DNA from: Candidatus Babeliaceae bacterium
GTDB taxonomy: Bacteria > Babelota > Babeliae > Babelales > Babelaceae
Assembly: GCA_007116155.1 (NCBI GenBank)
Contig: SKJC01000006.1
Location: 31,951-95,950 of the forward strand
Length of the DNA: 64,000 nt
Direction of reading: 5' to 3'
Shown here: piece after piece, positions 1 to 7,974 of the stretch
Position numbering within the stretch: position 1 is the stretch's first letter
How the letters are laid out: each line of letters starts with the position of its first letter
Made by a program: the position numbers and the translations under genes
Notes under the pieces: generated by a model
What the model saw: the letters and a program-made list of their open reading frames with translations, nothing else
Database searches by the model: none
Told to the model about the DNA's origin: nothing

Positions 1-846
1 ATAGTTGTACAATCGATCCCGACCCAATAACTGTTCAAGCTCCTGCTGAATATGCTCTCGAATATACCCAGAACATACAGATGAAGACCCTGCCCTGCCT
101 GTAAGCACAATCGATTCGGCGCTCGAACTTGTATATACTGCGTCATCCAAAAAGCCACATCGCCGCATACACTGCAAAACAATATTCCTCCGTTTTTTAG
201 CGCGCTCAAGATCATAGACAGGACAATAAGATTGAGGAGACTTTACAATGCCAGCCAATAAAGCCGCCTCAGCAGGCGTTAATTCTGCAGCAGACTTTTT
301 CCAAAACGATTGCGCAGCAGCCTCAATACCATACAAACCCGCACCCAAATAAACTAAGTTCAGATATGTCTCAAGAATCTGCTCTTTCGAATAAAGACCC
401 TCAACCAGCAAAGCCAAAACCTGCTCGCGCACTTTTCGAGCAAGCGTCCGCTGACTTGCCGCAAAGCGTAATTTGATAACCTGCTGGGTGATAGTGCTTG
501 CTCCCTGCACAAACCGACGCTTCCAGAGATTTACCACTATTGCACGTAAAATACCGCGCAACGAAATACCCTGATGATCAAAAAATGTACGATCTTCAGC
601 CGCCAAAAAAGCATTAATTACATGTGGAGAAACCTGCGAAAGGGTTATTGGCGTTCTATGCTCCCGCTCAAAACGAAATAACTCAGTTCCCCGTGCACCC
701 AAGACACAAGTCGGTTTGCTATAAACACCATATGGAAGCTCATCAACATCTAATAAAGGAAAGGTAACACTATAGAAAAAAAAACCACTTACACCGCCAA
801 GCATGAAAAGCATCATGACCAGCAAAAGACTCTTTACATACCGCAT
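1..846 (-). CDS. Class A penicillin-binding protein (glycosyltransferase family 51 transglycosylase domain), N-terminal part; gene runs off the window
   Basis: Reverse-strand translation from the ATG at 846-844 gives MRYVKSLLLVMMLFMLGGVSGFFFY (membrane anchor). It continues ...EDRTFFDHQGISLRGILRAIVVNLWKRRFVQGASTITQQVIKL...LEGLYSKEQILETYLNLVYLGAGLYGIEAAAQSFWKK..., the canonical GT51 motifs. The frame is open to position 1. Confidence 0.85.
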   Translation of the reverse strand, partial: MRYVKSLLLVMMLFMLGGVSGFFFYSVTFPLLDVDELPYGVYSKPTCVLGARGTELFRFEREHRTPITLSQVSPHVINAFLAAEDRTFFDHQGISLRGILRAIVVNLWKRRFVQGASTITQQVIKLRFAASQRTLARKVREQVLALLVEGLYSKEQILETYLNLVYLGAGLYGIEAAAQSFWKKSAAELTPAEAALLAGIVKSPQSYCPVYDLERAKKRRNIVLQCMRRCGFLDDAVYTSSSAESIVLTGRAGSSSVCSGYIREHIQQELEQLLGRDRLYNY

Positions 847-899
847 GCGAATTTTAGACTAGAAAGACAAAGGCTCATATCGTTAGGTATCGTATCACA

Positions 900-1355
900 A
901 TGATTAAAAAAAACCTATGCGCCCAGTTCATATGTATTGGGCTTTTCAGCTTAGCAATAGAAGTAATAAGTATGGCTCTTGGCTATACAACATCCTTTTT
1001 ATTGTCCCCAATAATTACTATAAGCGCAATTATTGTTCTACCCCAAACACCAATCTGTATCATAATTCTTACAGTCGCAGCAGCAATAAGCACCCTTATA
1101 CACGGACTTCTTCTTAATCAGACCATCTTCTTTTTTCTCACATGTATCACTCTATGGACCTATATTCGACCACGTATCACACCAAGAAAGAGCATTTTTT
1201 TCTTTTTTTCTCTCAGCTGTACGTATATCTGGCTTCTCCTACAACACCAAGCCCCATCGACAATAGCTAGAATTATAGTTATTCTTATAGTAGTACTCTT
1301 CGGGGTACTGTTTTGGAATACGGTACGAAAGACAATCGCAAAAGAATTCTTTTGA
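900..1355 (+). CDS. Hypothetical very hydrophobic small protein. The 3' end overlaps the rnpB RNA by about 40 nt, so it may be a shorter ORF or spurious.
   Basis: ORF track only. Low-complexity hydrophobic sequence with no recognisable motif. The stop lies inside the RNase P RNA P3 region. Confidence 0.25.
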   Translation: MIKKNLCAQFICIGLFSLAIEVISMALGYTTSFLLSPIITISAIIVLPQTPICIIILTVAAAISTLIHGLLLNQTIFFFLTCITLWTYIRPRITPRKSIFFFFSLSCTYIWLLLQHQAPSTIARIIVILIVVLFGVLFWNTVRKTIAKEFF

Positions 1356-1668
1356 GGAAAGTCCGGACTCCTAACGAAAAGAGCACCGAGCGCAAGCTCG
1401 GAAGGCGTAAGCCTATGGAAAGTGCCACAGAAAAAAACCGCTTTATAGCAATATAAAGTAAGGGTGAAAACGGGTGGTAAGAGCACCCGGCAGCGGTTAG
1501 TAATAATCGATGCGGGCAAACCCTGCTCGGAGCAAGACCGAACAGTGTATTCAGTGTTTCGTTCTGTCACTAATGTATTAGTGAAATATATACACGGGTA
1601 GGTCGCAAAGATACATGATTGTCGCCAGTTAATGGTACAAAATCCGGCTTAATGACTACCGTATCCAA
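1316..1668 (+). ncRNA. rnpB: RNase P RNA (bacterial type A), rnpB
   Basis: P4 5' strand GGAAAGTCCGGACTCC at about 1357-1372. GGGTGAAAACGGGTGGTAAGAGCACC (P10-12 region) at about 1461. 3' strand ACAAAATCCGGCTTAATGACTACCGTAT. P1 atacggta (1318-1325) pairs with taccgtat (1657-1664). P2 gacaatc pairs with gattgtc. P3 is the palindrome caaaagaattcttttg. Length is about 353 nt. Confidence 0.85.
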
Positions 1669-1685
1669 ACCTTAAAAAGGATGTT

Positions 1686-2378
1686 ATGAAACAAGCTATC
1701 TTCTTCAGTCTCCCTTTTTTTGCTTGCATCAGCACCTTTCTCTTTTTTTTATTTGCAACAAAAAAAGAATCTTTCCCTGCACCTTCACTCCTAGGACAAT
1801 CGATAACTAACGCATTAATAATCGCATCAGAACACAATCTACACGTTCGCGTTCTTGAGCAACAAGAAGATTCAACCGCAGAACCCGGAACAGTTTTAGA
1901 ACAAAACCCAGCCCCCAATCAACGGATCAAAGAAAAACAATCAATTTTTATTGTAGTATCAAAAGCTATTGAACCAATCAAAGCACCGAATCTTATTAAA
2001 CAATCGGTAGAGTCAGCAAAAAAAATAATTAACAATCAATCCTATGCGGTAAAAATTTACTATCTCAATAGTATAGCACCAAAAAACAACATCATTGCGC
2101 AACATCCTGCACCAGGAAACCCCCTTCCTGACAATGTACTAATTATTTATGCATCCTCAGGAAAACAATACGAAAACATAATAATGCCAGATCTAAAAGG
2201 AAAAACAAAAAACGAAGTTGAAGGCCTTCTTCAACAAGCAACCTTTCCTATAACTGCAGACTACATCGAACAAAAAAAAGCAAAATCAAATGCAATAATT
2301 AGTCATCAAAAACCATTGGCCGGAACCATTCTGCCAATACAAGAGAGAATACACTGTCAACTCGAACTCTCTAATTAA
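1686..2378 (+). CDS. Stand-alone PASTA-domain protein (two PASTA repeats) with N-terminal membrane anchor; no kinase or transpeptidase domain
   Basis: N-terminal hydrophobic segment. Two about 65-aa PASTA-like units (LLGQSITNALIIASEHNLHVRVLEQQ...IFIVVSK and MPDLKGKTKNEVEGLLQQATFPITADYIEQ...ILPIQERIHCQLEL). RBS AAAAAGGA lies 8 nt upstream, and the ATG is only about 18 nt after rnpB. Confidence 0.6.
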   Translation: MKQAIFFSLPFFACISTFLFFLFATKKESFPAPSLLGQSITNALIIASEHNLHVRVLEQQEDSTAEPGTVLEQNPAPNQRIKEKQSIFIVVSKAIEPIKAPNLIKQSVESAKKIINNQSYAVKIYYLNSIAPKNNIIAQHPAPGNPLPDNVLIIYASSGKQYENIIMPDLKGKTKNEVEGLLQQATFPITADYIEQKKAKSNAIISHQKPLAGTILPIQERIHCQLELSN

Positions 2379-3214
2379 CAACCAAATCGCCGCTTACGTT
2401 TTGCATATTTTACTAAAACCAATTCAAAATCTGCACGAGTCATAGCCGGCCAAAATGTATCAAGAAACATTAATTCACTGTAACACGATTGCCAAGCCAT
2501 AAAGTTACTCAGCCGCTTTTCTCCACCTGTTCGCACAATAAGATCGGGCTCAGGACAATCTTTCAGCCACAACAAAGATGAAATTATTGATTCATCAAGT
2601 TGTTCGGGGTCCAATGCACCCTGAACAACTTTTTTAGCAATCTTCTTAACCGCCGAACAGATCTCCTGACGCCCCCCGTAACAAAACAGAATATTCACGC
2701 GCAGCGCGGTACCTTTTTGAGTTGCGGTTTCAATAGTATCAATAACTTCTAAAAGCCTCTGAGGGAAGCGATCTCGATCCCCAATAAATCGAATACTTAC
2801 TCCATTTTCAGCTAAATTTGCAATATCATCGGATGATAACCCATGCTCCACAACATCAAAAAGATGCTCCAATTCTTCATTGCTCCGATTGAAATTCTCT
2901 AAAGAAAATGCATAAAGAGATAACATAGGTATTTCATGTGCACAACAAAAACGGACCGCCTCTTTTACAGGATTCACACCACCTTCATGCCCAATCCAGG
3001 GCTTAAGGTGATTAGCTTTCGCCCAACGCCGATTGCCATCCATGATAAAACCGATATGCTGAATACCCGCATTTCCATGAACTCTTTCAACTTCCTCGGA
3101 AGACTCACCAACAAAAAAATTGTTGGTATATACGTCTAATGCGCACGTCCAAAGACCAAGAATGACAAAAGAAAAAACTATCACAGCTCCAATATATTTA
3201 CCTATGTTCTTCAT
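2375..3214 (-). CDS. uppS: Undecaprenyl-diphosphate synthase (isoprenyl transferase)
   Basis: IMDGNRRWAK, AFSLENFNR, RFIGDRDRFP and GGEKRLSNFMAWQSCYSELMF motifs. The ORF has an extra N-terminal hydrophobic segment of about 35 aa, so the start may be mis-called. Confidence 0.9.
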   Translation of the reverse strand: MKNIGKYIGAVIVFSFVILGLWTCALDVYTNNFFVGESSEEVERVHGNAGIQHIGFIMDGNRRWAKANHLKPWIGHEGGVNPVKEAVRFCCAHEIPMLSLYAFSLENFNRSNEELEHLFDVVEHGLSSDDIANLAENGVSIRFIGDRDRFPQRLLEVIDTIETATQKGTALRVNILFCYGGRQEICSAVKKIAKKVVQGALDPEQLDESIISSLLWLKDCPEPDLIVRTGGEKRLSNFMAWQSCYSELMFLDTFWPAMTRADFELVLVKYAKRKRRFGC

Positions 3215-3220
3215 AAAAAC

Positions 3221-3904
3221 TCACCGAGCCAAGTTCAAGAACAAAGAGATATATTTGCCTGCATACCGAGAACGCCGCAACCAAAAACAAACAGTAGAAA
3301 GAAGATAAAAGAGCACAGCCGCTAGAGAAATCATAATACATCGTTCGACTAAAACAATTGGAGGGAGCATACGCCAAATAACCGGTGAAACAAGACACCC
3401 CCCGTACAGCCAAATTAAAGACCCCATCATATGAGTAGAAAACGTACCGATACATAATTGGGCCAATGATCCCGGCACATACGTTGCAAAAAAAGGAATT
3501 GCCCAAATTACAGGATAAACGTAAGCTTGACTTCCAATGGGATGAATCAAGAAAAAAAATGCGCCTATTAAAAAAGCAATACGCGCGCATCTCCGTGAAA
3601 CATGCATCATTGCGCAACCAAAAAACGTTGGAATGCCATTAAAAAGAGCCACAAGGGTCTTAGCATGCAAATATTTTGTAAGACTAAAAGCAAGAACCGA
3701 GCCACTACATGCCGTTCTACCCCAATACGAGCCGCCCAAAAGAGAAAAAACTAAAAATACAACCTGCTTCGAAGAAAGAAACATCAGATTACCCCCGAAA
3801 AAGGTAATCCCTAAGCGGGGAAGAAAAAAACCTAATATACCAACCAGAATACTAATCAAAAAAAATAATGGTATATTGCGCGCTCCTCTAAAACCACTCA
3901 TCAA
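3221..3904 (-). CDS. Polytopic integral membrane protein, function unknown (weak resemblance to BioY / ECF S-component)
   Basis: About six predicted TM helices and no catalytic motif recognised. The family assignment is a guess. Confidence 0.5.
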   Translation of the reverse strand: MMSGFRGARNIPLFFLISILVGILGFFLPRLGITFFGGNLMFLSSKQVVFLVFSLLGGSYWGRTACSGSVLAFSLTKYLHAKTLVALFNGIPTFFGCAMMHVSRRCARIAFLIGAFFFLIHPIGSQAYVYPVIWAIPFFATYVPGSLAQLCIGTFSTHMMGSLIWLYGGCLVSPVIWRMLPPIVLVERCIMISLAAVLFYLLSTVCFWLRRSRYAGKYISLFLNLAR

Positions 3905-3954
3905 TAGCTCCTTGTTTTTTATAAAACACTTATGATAGTAATAGTACTCACAAT

Positions 3955-4734
3955 TTGGATAAAATACGAGGCCTCAAATACATGAAGCACACACCTATTA
4001 CCCCAGAAAATACCGTATTTGCTATTGACCTTCATGGCGTTCTATTTACTTTTCATAAAGCAAAACTGTTACAACTCTTCCTCTCGATAACCGTATGCAC
4101 AACACTCGTATATTGCTACGTCAATCCACAGATTGCCCTGTTGTTTTTTTTTCTCACATTAATGCCAGCCGCAGGAATCTTAGTAGCGAGTGGATATTTT
4201 ATGCTAAAAACTGGTCATCGACCTATTGTGGAGCACCACCTCCTCTCATCGACCAAACCCCCAATTCCACTTATAAAAAAGGGCTGGCTATGGATTAGCA
4301 ACTTCTACTACCCGAGAACAGAATTCGTCACAATATGCTGGAAACTAAAACAAGCAGGCTTCTCACTTATCTTACTATCAGATATAGGCCCTGAAGCATT
4401 TGATATTCTCAAAAAAAGGTACCGCTCAACGTTTTACAGGAACAAAGAAACATTGTTTACCGCCACGTATTACCCTAATTCTCCAGACAGCACGACCATC
4501 CAACTCTCACCCTGGCTTCCCAAAAATGCTCACAACTTTTTTAAAAAGTTTGCGCAATCATTCATAAAGCAGAACGCTGCTATTAAAAAAATAATTTTTA
4601 TCGACAACAACAAAAGAAATATCAAACACGCCAAAAAGCAGAGCAGCTCAACTTTCTTGGCGTTAAGATTTACTAATACAAGGCAGATGCGAACAACACT
4701 TATTAAACATCTTCCAAACCTAACCGATCTATAA
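3955..4734 (+). CDS. HAD-superfamily-like hydrolase with inserted transmembrane segments. Motif I is degenerate (DLHG instead of DxDG).
   Basis: FAIDLHGVLF (motif I-like), LILLSDIG (motif II Ser/Thr), KKIIFIDNNKRNIKHAKK (motif III Lys and motif IV acidic pair-like). Two hydrophobic helices lie between motifs I and II. Confidence 0.45.
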   Translation: MDKIRGLKYMKHTPITPENTVFAIDLHGVLFTFHKAKLLQLFLSITVCTTLVYCYVNPQIALLFFFLTLMPAAGILVASGYFMLKTGHRPIVEHHLLSSTKPPIPLIKKGWLWISNFYYPRTEFVTICWKLKQAGFSLILLSDIGPEAFDILKKRYRSTFYRNKETLFTATYYPNSPDSTTIQLSPWLPKNAHNFFKKFAQSFIKQNAAIKKIIFIDNNKRNIKHAKKQSSSTFLALRFTNTRQMRTTLIKHLPNLTDL

Positions 4735-4825
4735 ATTTTGCTTGCAATTTAACGCTGCTTTTGTATCTTTATAGAGGATGATTTGTTTTCTGGCTTTCAG
4801 AAGATCATTGCTTTTGACCTCCATT

Positions 4826-4880
4826 TCCCCTGTCTTGGATCGCTCGATCCGGACGGGGGTTTCTTTTTCAATTTAGCCGG
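4826..4880 (+). terminator. Compound hairpin followed by a T-run; terminator for the 3955-4734 gene
   Basis: cccctgtcttGGATCGctCGATCCggacgggggtttctttttc: a nested GC stem followed by tttcttttt. Confidence 0.5.
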
Positions 4881-4888
4881 AGAGCTTC

Positions 4889-5938
4889 ATGAAAAAATTT
4901 AAAAAAATGCTCCCTACAATAGAAGATGGCATTTTCAAAAATTATCCCGGAGAAAAAAAACACCCGATCGAAAGCCTCCTGTCATTTTTTTGGCGAGCAT
5001 GTAAAACCTATATAAGCCCTCGCGCATATACACAACTTCCCCTTTCATATAACTTTCAAGAAGAACTCGCCAGTAGCATAGCAATTGCGATAAAAACTAA
5101 TCGCAATACGCTTTGGTGGCTTGGGCATGCAACGTTTCTTCTCTATGTTAACGGAGCATTTATCATAACTGATCCCATCCTCCAAGAACCTTCCCCAATC
5201 TTCCCTCGACTCTTTTCTTCTGAAAATCTTGAAGCAATGCTCCCTCCAATCAAAACAATTCTCATCTCACACAATCACTATGACCACCTAGATAAAAAAA
5301 GCATAAAAGCACTCCTTCAAAAAAACCCCCAACTTTCAATGTTTGTGCCACAGGGAGATGCCAAACTCTGCAGTCGCTGGGGATGTAACCACATCCATGA
5401 AAGTATGTGGTGGGATACATTTTCGCTTCACAACCAAGACATACAAATCACCTTTGTTCCAGCAAAACACTGGTCGCGCAGAACTCTTTTTGACTGTAAC
5501 CGATCCCTTTGGGGTGGCTGGGTTATTCAAACAAACGATCTGTGCATCTATTTTGCAGGAGATACGGCACAGGGAGATCATTTTTCAGCCATTCACGATC
5601 ATTTTACCGATATTACTCATGCCCTACTCCCTATTGGTCCATGCGAACCACGCAAAGAAAATGAAGATTCACATATCAATCCCATTCAGGCTGGAGAAAT
5701 ATTTAATCTTCTTCAAGCACAATGTATGATACCATGCCACTGGGGAACATTTCCTCTCGGCATAGATCAGCCGCTTGCACCAATTGACCTACTCCAACAT
5801 TGGATTACCAATCAACACAATAATAAAAACCAATCCTGCCAAATTCTCTTTCCGGGACAAGCGCTAGAACTCGCATCCAATGCAAAGCAGCCAACCTTGC
5901 CAACTACACAACCTGGTGTTACGATAAAAGGGATATAA
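4889..5938 (+). CDS. Metallo-beta-lactamase-fold hydrolase (NAPE-PLD-like family)
   Basis: WWLGHATFLL...ISHNHYDHLD (HxHxDH zinc motif), AGDT...D, HWGTF. Confidence 0.75.
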   Translation: MKKFKKMLPTIEDGIFKNYPGEKKHPIESLLSFFWRACKTYISPRAYTQLPLSYNFQEELASSIAIAIKTNRNTLWWLGHATFLLYVNGAFIITDPILQEPSPIFPRLFSSENLEAMLPPIKTILISHNHYDHLDKKSIKALLQKNPQLSMFVPQGDAKLCSRWGCNHIHESMWWDTFSLHNQDIQITFVPAKHWSRRTLFDCNRSLWGGWVIQTNDLCIYFAGDTAQGDHFSAIHDHFTDITHALLPIGPCEPRKENEDSHINPIQAGEIFNLLQAQCMIPCHWGTFPLGIDQPLAPIDLLQHWITNQHNNKNQSCQILFPGQALELASNAKQPTLPTTQPGVTIKGI

Positions 5939-5956
5939 AGTACATATACATCATGT

Positions 5957-6044
5957 GCCGGGGTGGCGAAATTTGGTAGACGCGCAGGTCTCAGAAGCCT
6001 GTGGGAGCGATCCTGTGCTGGTTCGAGTCCAGTCTCCGGCACCA
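5957..6044 (+). tRNA. tRNA-Leu (anticodon CAG), long variable arm, CCA encoded
   Basis: Acceptor gccgggg/ctccggc. Anticodon stem caggt/gcctg with loop ctCAGaa. T-arm ggttcgagtcc. Confidence 0.85.
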
Positions 6045-6099
6045 AAAGAGAGAGTTTTTCTTGCCAACTTTCACATGCTCCGTATACTAAATAACGTAT

Positions 6100-6176
6100 G
6101 GTGAGCGTAGCTCAGTTGGTAGAGCATCAGACTGTGGCTCTGGGGGTCGTGGGTTCAAGCCCCACCGCTCACCCCA
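6100..6176 (+). tRNA. tRNA-His (anticodon GTG) with G-1, CCA encoded
   Basis: Extra 5' G pairs with discriminator C. Anticodon stem tcaga/tctgg with loop ctGTGgc. T-loop ttcaagc. Confidence 0.85.
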
Positions 6177-6253
6177 AAATTGAAATTAACTTCTCTTTTT
6201 TAGTAATCACGCTAAAATAAATACGCATAAAAATAATCTGCGTAAATCTATGT

Positions 6254-6330
6254 CGGGGCGTGGCGCAATTTGGTAGCGCACTCGCTTTGGGAGCGAGGGG
6301 TTGCCAGTTCGAGTCTGGCCGCCCCGACCA
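6254..6330 (+). tRNA. tRNA-Pro (anticodon TGG), CCA encoded
   Basis: Acceptor cggggcg/cgccccg. Anticodon stem ctcgc/gcgag with loop ttTGGga. T-arm gccagttcgagtctggc. Confidence 0.85.
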
Positions 6331-6378
6331 TTAAAATAGACCGTTCTTTTTTGTATCATCATCAATGCAGAGAAATTC

Positions 6379-7167
6379 ATGAAAAAAAATCTACTCATTG
6401 CAACAATGATTGCATTCGCACAAGTAAGCATACATATGCATGCAGTAAACAACACTAAGCAAACACTTATAAATCTTCCAAAAACCACCATCGACTACAC
6501 AAAGTCTAACATTACTGCTTTTGCTAACTGGTCTAAAGAACGCGCACAAAAGTTTCAAAATGAAGGATTTTTTTCCGGTGAATTCCTCTATTCATTAACC
6601 ATTCTACAAGCCGCAACAGAACCGATTAGCAACTACCTCATAGAAAAAATTGTTCGCCAATTTGGCCTGACTCACGCTGATCATTTGACAAAGCTCATAC
6701 AAAGCGAATTGGCTTCGGTAAACGCAGAAAAAGCAAAAAAAGTCAGCGTGTATCTTGTCAATGCACCAGAATATTTTGGCGTTCAGGCAAAAGGGTTTGA
6801 CATATTTGTTTCAGCAGATTTGGCAAAAGGCCAACCATTGTTTGCTATGCAAAAAGCATTATATTATGGATTTATTGCAATAAACCAGCAACCATCATCG
6901 CACATACTACCATTAGCCAACTATATCGCTCCCTTGATAACAATATGCGCTATTGAAAAAAATGGATGGCTTTCCAATTCCCCATGGAAAAAAATAGCAG
7001 CTGTCTCTGGAGCATCTCTCTTAATAGGATTGCCAAGCGAAATAATCATCCAAAAAAGCCAAGCTGCTTCTCCTGAATTACAAACTAAAGCAAACGCTTT
7101 TGCGGAAAATTATAAAAAAAAGTTAGATGAAAAATACAACACAGATCTCTCAGAAAACATAAACTAA
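6379..7167 (+). CDS. Hypothetical secreted protein (signal peptide)
   Basis: MKKNLLIATMIAFAQVSIHMHA signal-like N-terminus. No known domain recognised. Confidence 0.55.
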   Translation: MKKNLLIATMIAFAQVSIHMHAVNNTKQTLINLPKTTIDYTKSNITAFANWSKERAQKFQNEGFFSGEFLYSLTILQAATEPISNYLIEKIVRQFGLTHADHLTKLIQSELASVNAEKAKKVSVYLVNAPEYFGVQAKGFDIFVSADLAKGQPLFAMQKALYYGFIAINQQPSSHILPLANYIAPLITICAIEKNGWLSNSPWKKIAAVSGASLLIGLPSEIIIQKSQAASPELQTKANAFAENYKKKLDEKYNTDLSENIN

Positions 7168-7195
7168 AGCTACGAATATTAATTCATTCTGTATC

Positions 7196-7233
7196 AAAGA
7201 GGAAGGTTTTTAAACCTTCCTCTTTGATTTTTC
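7196..7233 (+). terminator. Rho-independent terminator
   Basis: Perfect hairpin aaagaggaaggttt-tt-aaaccttcctcttt followed by gattttt. Confidence 0.85.
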
Positions 7234-7313
7234 AACAAGAAGTGCCTTGATGTTTTACTCAAAAACTGTATACTTCTAATAGAATAATATTTATAAAAAT
7301 AAGGTGTTTCGCT

Positions 7314-7823
7314 ATGTCATATTTTCAAAACTTTTCTCAAAAGTGTTTTCTAGTTGGGCTAAGTTGCATAGGGCTGAATATAGCTTCTCCTCTCTGTAGT
7401 TTGCCCCCATCAATAAGCCGTTTTACGCCGGCTCTCTTAAAAAATCCTACATGGAATCAACCGATACAAGGCATGCGTCCTACAGGAATTTCTACAACAT
7501 TTACAGCCTCTCAAATTCCCCTTGAGCAATTTTTAGGGGAAAATGCCAAATATAGTCATATCATCTTTGGTAAGGCAAAAAAACATTCCTTCGGCGGTAA
7601 ATTTTTCTTATCTCCCGCTCCATTACTTGCTCTTTCGGTAATTGGTTTAACCTTTGGACCAGGTGGGAAAAAAGTATTGCCTATTATCGCAGCAGGAATA
7701 GCTTCAACTCGAATTTTTAGATGGGTATTCTGTAGCACATCCTTGACCGCAATTGGAAAATACTTTTATACAAACAAAAAAATTGATCCCAACAATCAGG
7801 CTACAGATAAAAACAAGAATTAA
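7314..7823 (+). CDS. Hypothetical secreted/membrane protein
   Basis: ORF with signal-peptide-like N-terminus. Upstream promoter TTGATG-N16-TATACT at about 7248-7275. Confidence 0.5.
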   Translation: MSYFQNFSQKCFLVGLSCIGLNIASPLCSLPPSISRFTPALLKNPTWNQPIQGMRPTGISTTFTASQIPLEQFLGENAKYSHIIFGKAKKHSFGGKFFLSPAPLLALSVIGLTFGPGGKKVLPIIAAGIASTRIFRWVFCSTSLTAIGKYFYTNKKIDPNNQATDKNKN

Positions 7824-7933
7824 ACTCATATTATTCTGTTTAATTAGCACCTTTATTCAAAAAGCATCCTTGGTAGCTTCTATAATTTTTTTTCAAAAAT
7901 GGTACACTAAAATAAGAATTAAGACGCACGAAA

Positions 7934-7956
7934 CTTGTATATTTTCTCCATACAAG
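7934..7956. promoter_or_regulatory. Palindrome cTTGTAT-N9-ATACAAg overlapping the -10 region of uvrA; candidate repressor operator (SOS-box-like)
   Basis: Perfect 7-bp inverted arms cttgtat/atacaag, 19 nt upstream of the uvrA ATG. RBS aaggat follows. Confidence 0.3.
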
Positions 7957-7974
7957 AAACGCTAAGGATAGATT

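Noticed and set aside
1160-1918. ORF-track entries 1160-1570(-) and 1649-1918(-) (and the tail of 900-1355) as protein genes.
   Set aside because: They lie on or opposite the RNase P RNA, and their predicted proteins are low-complexity. The RNA gene explains the region.
3221-3904. Assignment of the six-TM protein as BioY.
   Set aside because: There is only vague similarity in Gly-rich helix patterns and no diagnostic motif I can verify by eye, so I kept it as a generic membrane protein.
5812-6491. ORFs 5812-6045(-), 6207-6491(-) and 6270-6458(+).
   Set aside because: They overlap the tRNA-Leu/His/Pro genes, so they are artefacts of six-frame translation.
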